Position numbers and translations under genes: made by a program
The notes under the pieces: model-generated
Told to the model about the DNA's origin: nothing
What the model saw: the letters and a program-made list of their open reading frames with translations, nothing else
The model's database searches: none
Assembly: GCA_964516845.1 (NCBI GenBank)
Contig: CAZEXP010000006.1
Coordinates: 16,503-80,502 of the forward strand
Source: an uncultured bacterium
GTDB taxonomy: Bacteria > Joyebacterota > Joyebacteria > Joyebacterales > Joyebacteraceae
Direction: 5' to 3'
Length of the DNA stretch: 64,000 nt
Part shown: positions 63,582 to 64,000 of the stretch, in pieces
How positions within the stretch are numbered: the first letter of the stretch is position 1
Layout of the letters: every line of letters starts with the position of its first letter

Positions 63582-63944
63582 ATGTCCAGGTCTAGAGGAG
63601 CACCTGCGTCCCGCAGGCGGAGAAAGAAGATCCTCAAGGCCGCGAAGGGTTATCGCGGCGGAAGAGGAAAGCTCATCCGGACAGCTACGGAGACCGTGCA
63701 TCGCGCGGGGCAGTACGCCTACAGGGACCGTAAGCGTCGGAAGGGTGATATGCGCAGGCTGTGGATCATCCGTATCAACGCCGGCGCAAGGATGCATGGG
63801 TTGTCATACAGCCGGTTCATGCACGGGCTGAAGGCCGCCAACATCGATGTCGATCGCAAGATGCTCTCTGAGATGGCGACCAACGACGAGGCGGGTTTTG
63901 CCCGGCTGGCCGAGATCGCAAAGGCAGGTATCGAGCAGGCGTAG
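63582..63944 (+). CDS. rplT: 50S ribosomal protein L20
   Basis: 120 aa. [56 protein letters not shown] is the classic L20 sequence. Confidence 0.9.
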   Translation: MSRSRGAPASRRRRKKILKAAKGYRGGRGKLIRTATETVHRAGQYAYRDRKRRKGDMRRLWIIRINAGARMHGLSYSRFMHGLKAANIDVDRKMLSEMATNDEAGFARLAEIAKAGIEQA

Positions 63945-63965
63945 CGATTGGCGGAGGGTGGCGAC

Positions 63966-64000
63966 GTGCTGAAGCGGCTTGAGCAGCTGAGAGCAGAAGC
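63966..64000 (+). CDS. Possible start of pheS (phenylalanine--tRNA ligase alpha), 5' fragment only
   Basis: GTG after a GGAGGG Shine-Dalgarno. VLKRLEQLRAE... is consistent with a PheS N-terminal helix, and the position after rplT matches the conserved infC-rpmI-rplT-pheST order. Only 11 codons are visible. Confidence 0.3.
   Translation, partial: MLKRLEQLRAE

Overview
This 64 kb window is high-GC (roughly 68-70% by eye), gene-dense bacterial chromosome from a diderm. Almost all genes are on the + strand and there are many 4-bp ATGA/GTGA start-stop overlaps, which suggests translational coupling. No mobile elements or CRISPR arrays are visible. Main blocks, in order:

- A lipid A / Kdo core cluster: fabZ(partial)-lpxA-[Gfo/Idh/MocA oxidoreductase]-lpxB-[DUF374]-waaA-lpxK, tightly fused to nadA-nadB.
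- An AmmeMemoRadiSam system in which the Memo and AMMECR1 proteins are fused and both genes carry N-terminal export signals. It is followed by a Cys-rich secreted beta-helix protein under a near-consensus sigma70 promoter.
- A minus-strand membrane-embedded spermidine-synthase-like protein.
- A ~38 kb envelope-polysaccharide region (15.8-53.5 kb). It holds four GT9 heptosyltransferase-like genes, msbA, an O-antigen-ligase-like gene, gmhB, and about eleven GT4-type glycosyltransferases (ten labelled GT4, plus one GT1-fold group-1-like gene). It also holds a WbaP-type sugar transferase, a GT39/ArnT-like transferase and a Wza / PCP / ExeA-like ATPase / BY-kinase-like / Wzy-like export-polymerisation module. 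The remaining members are a cytoplasmic heparinase II/III-like protein, a GDP-mannose dehydrogenase, a radical SAM enzyme, a polyprenyl synthase, manC, a GalT-like HIT enzyme and glgA.
- A tRNA-Gly/Cys/Leu cluster with its own consensus promoter.
- Two tandem paralogous secreted glycoside-hydrolase-like proteins carrying Fn3 and T9SS-type C-terminal sorting domains.
- cvpA, a Clp/Hsp100-like ATPase whose catalytic residues in both nucleotide-binding domains are substituted, and an aldehyde dehydrogenase.
- tRNA-Val, then infC-rpmI-rplT and the first codons of a possible pheS.

The T9SS-style C-terminal domains plus high GC suggest an FCB-group-like lineage (e.g. Gemmatimonadota-like); that is inference only. 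The long antisense ORFs in the six-frame track are high-GC artefacts.
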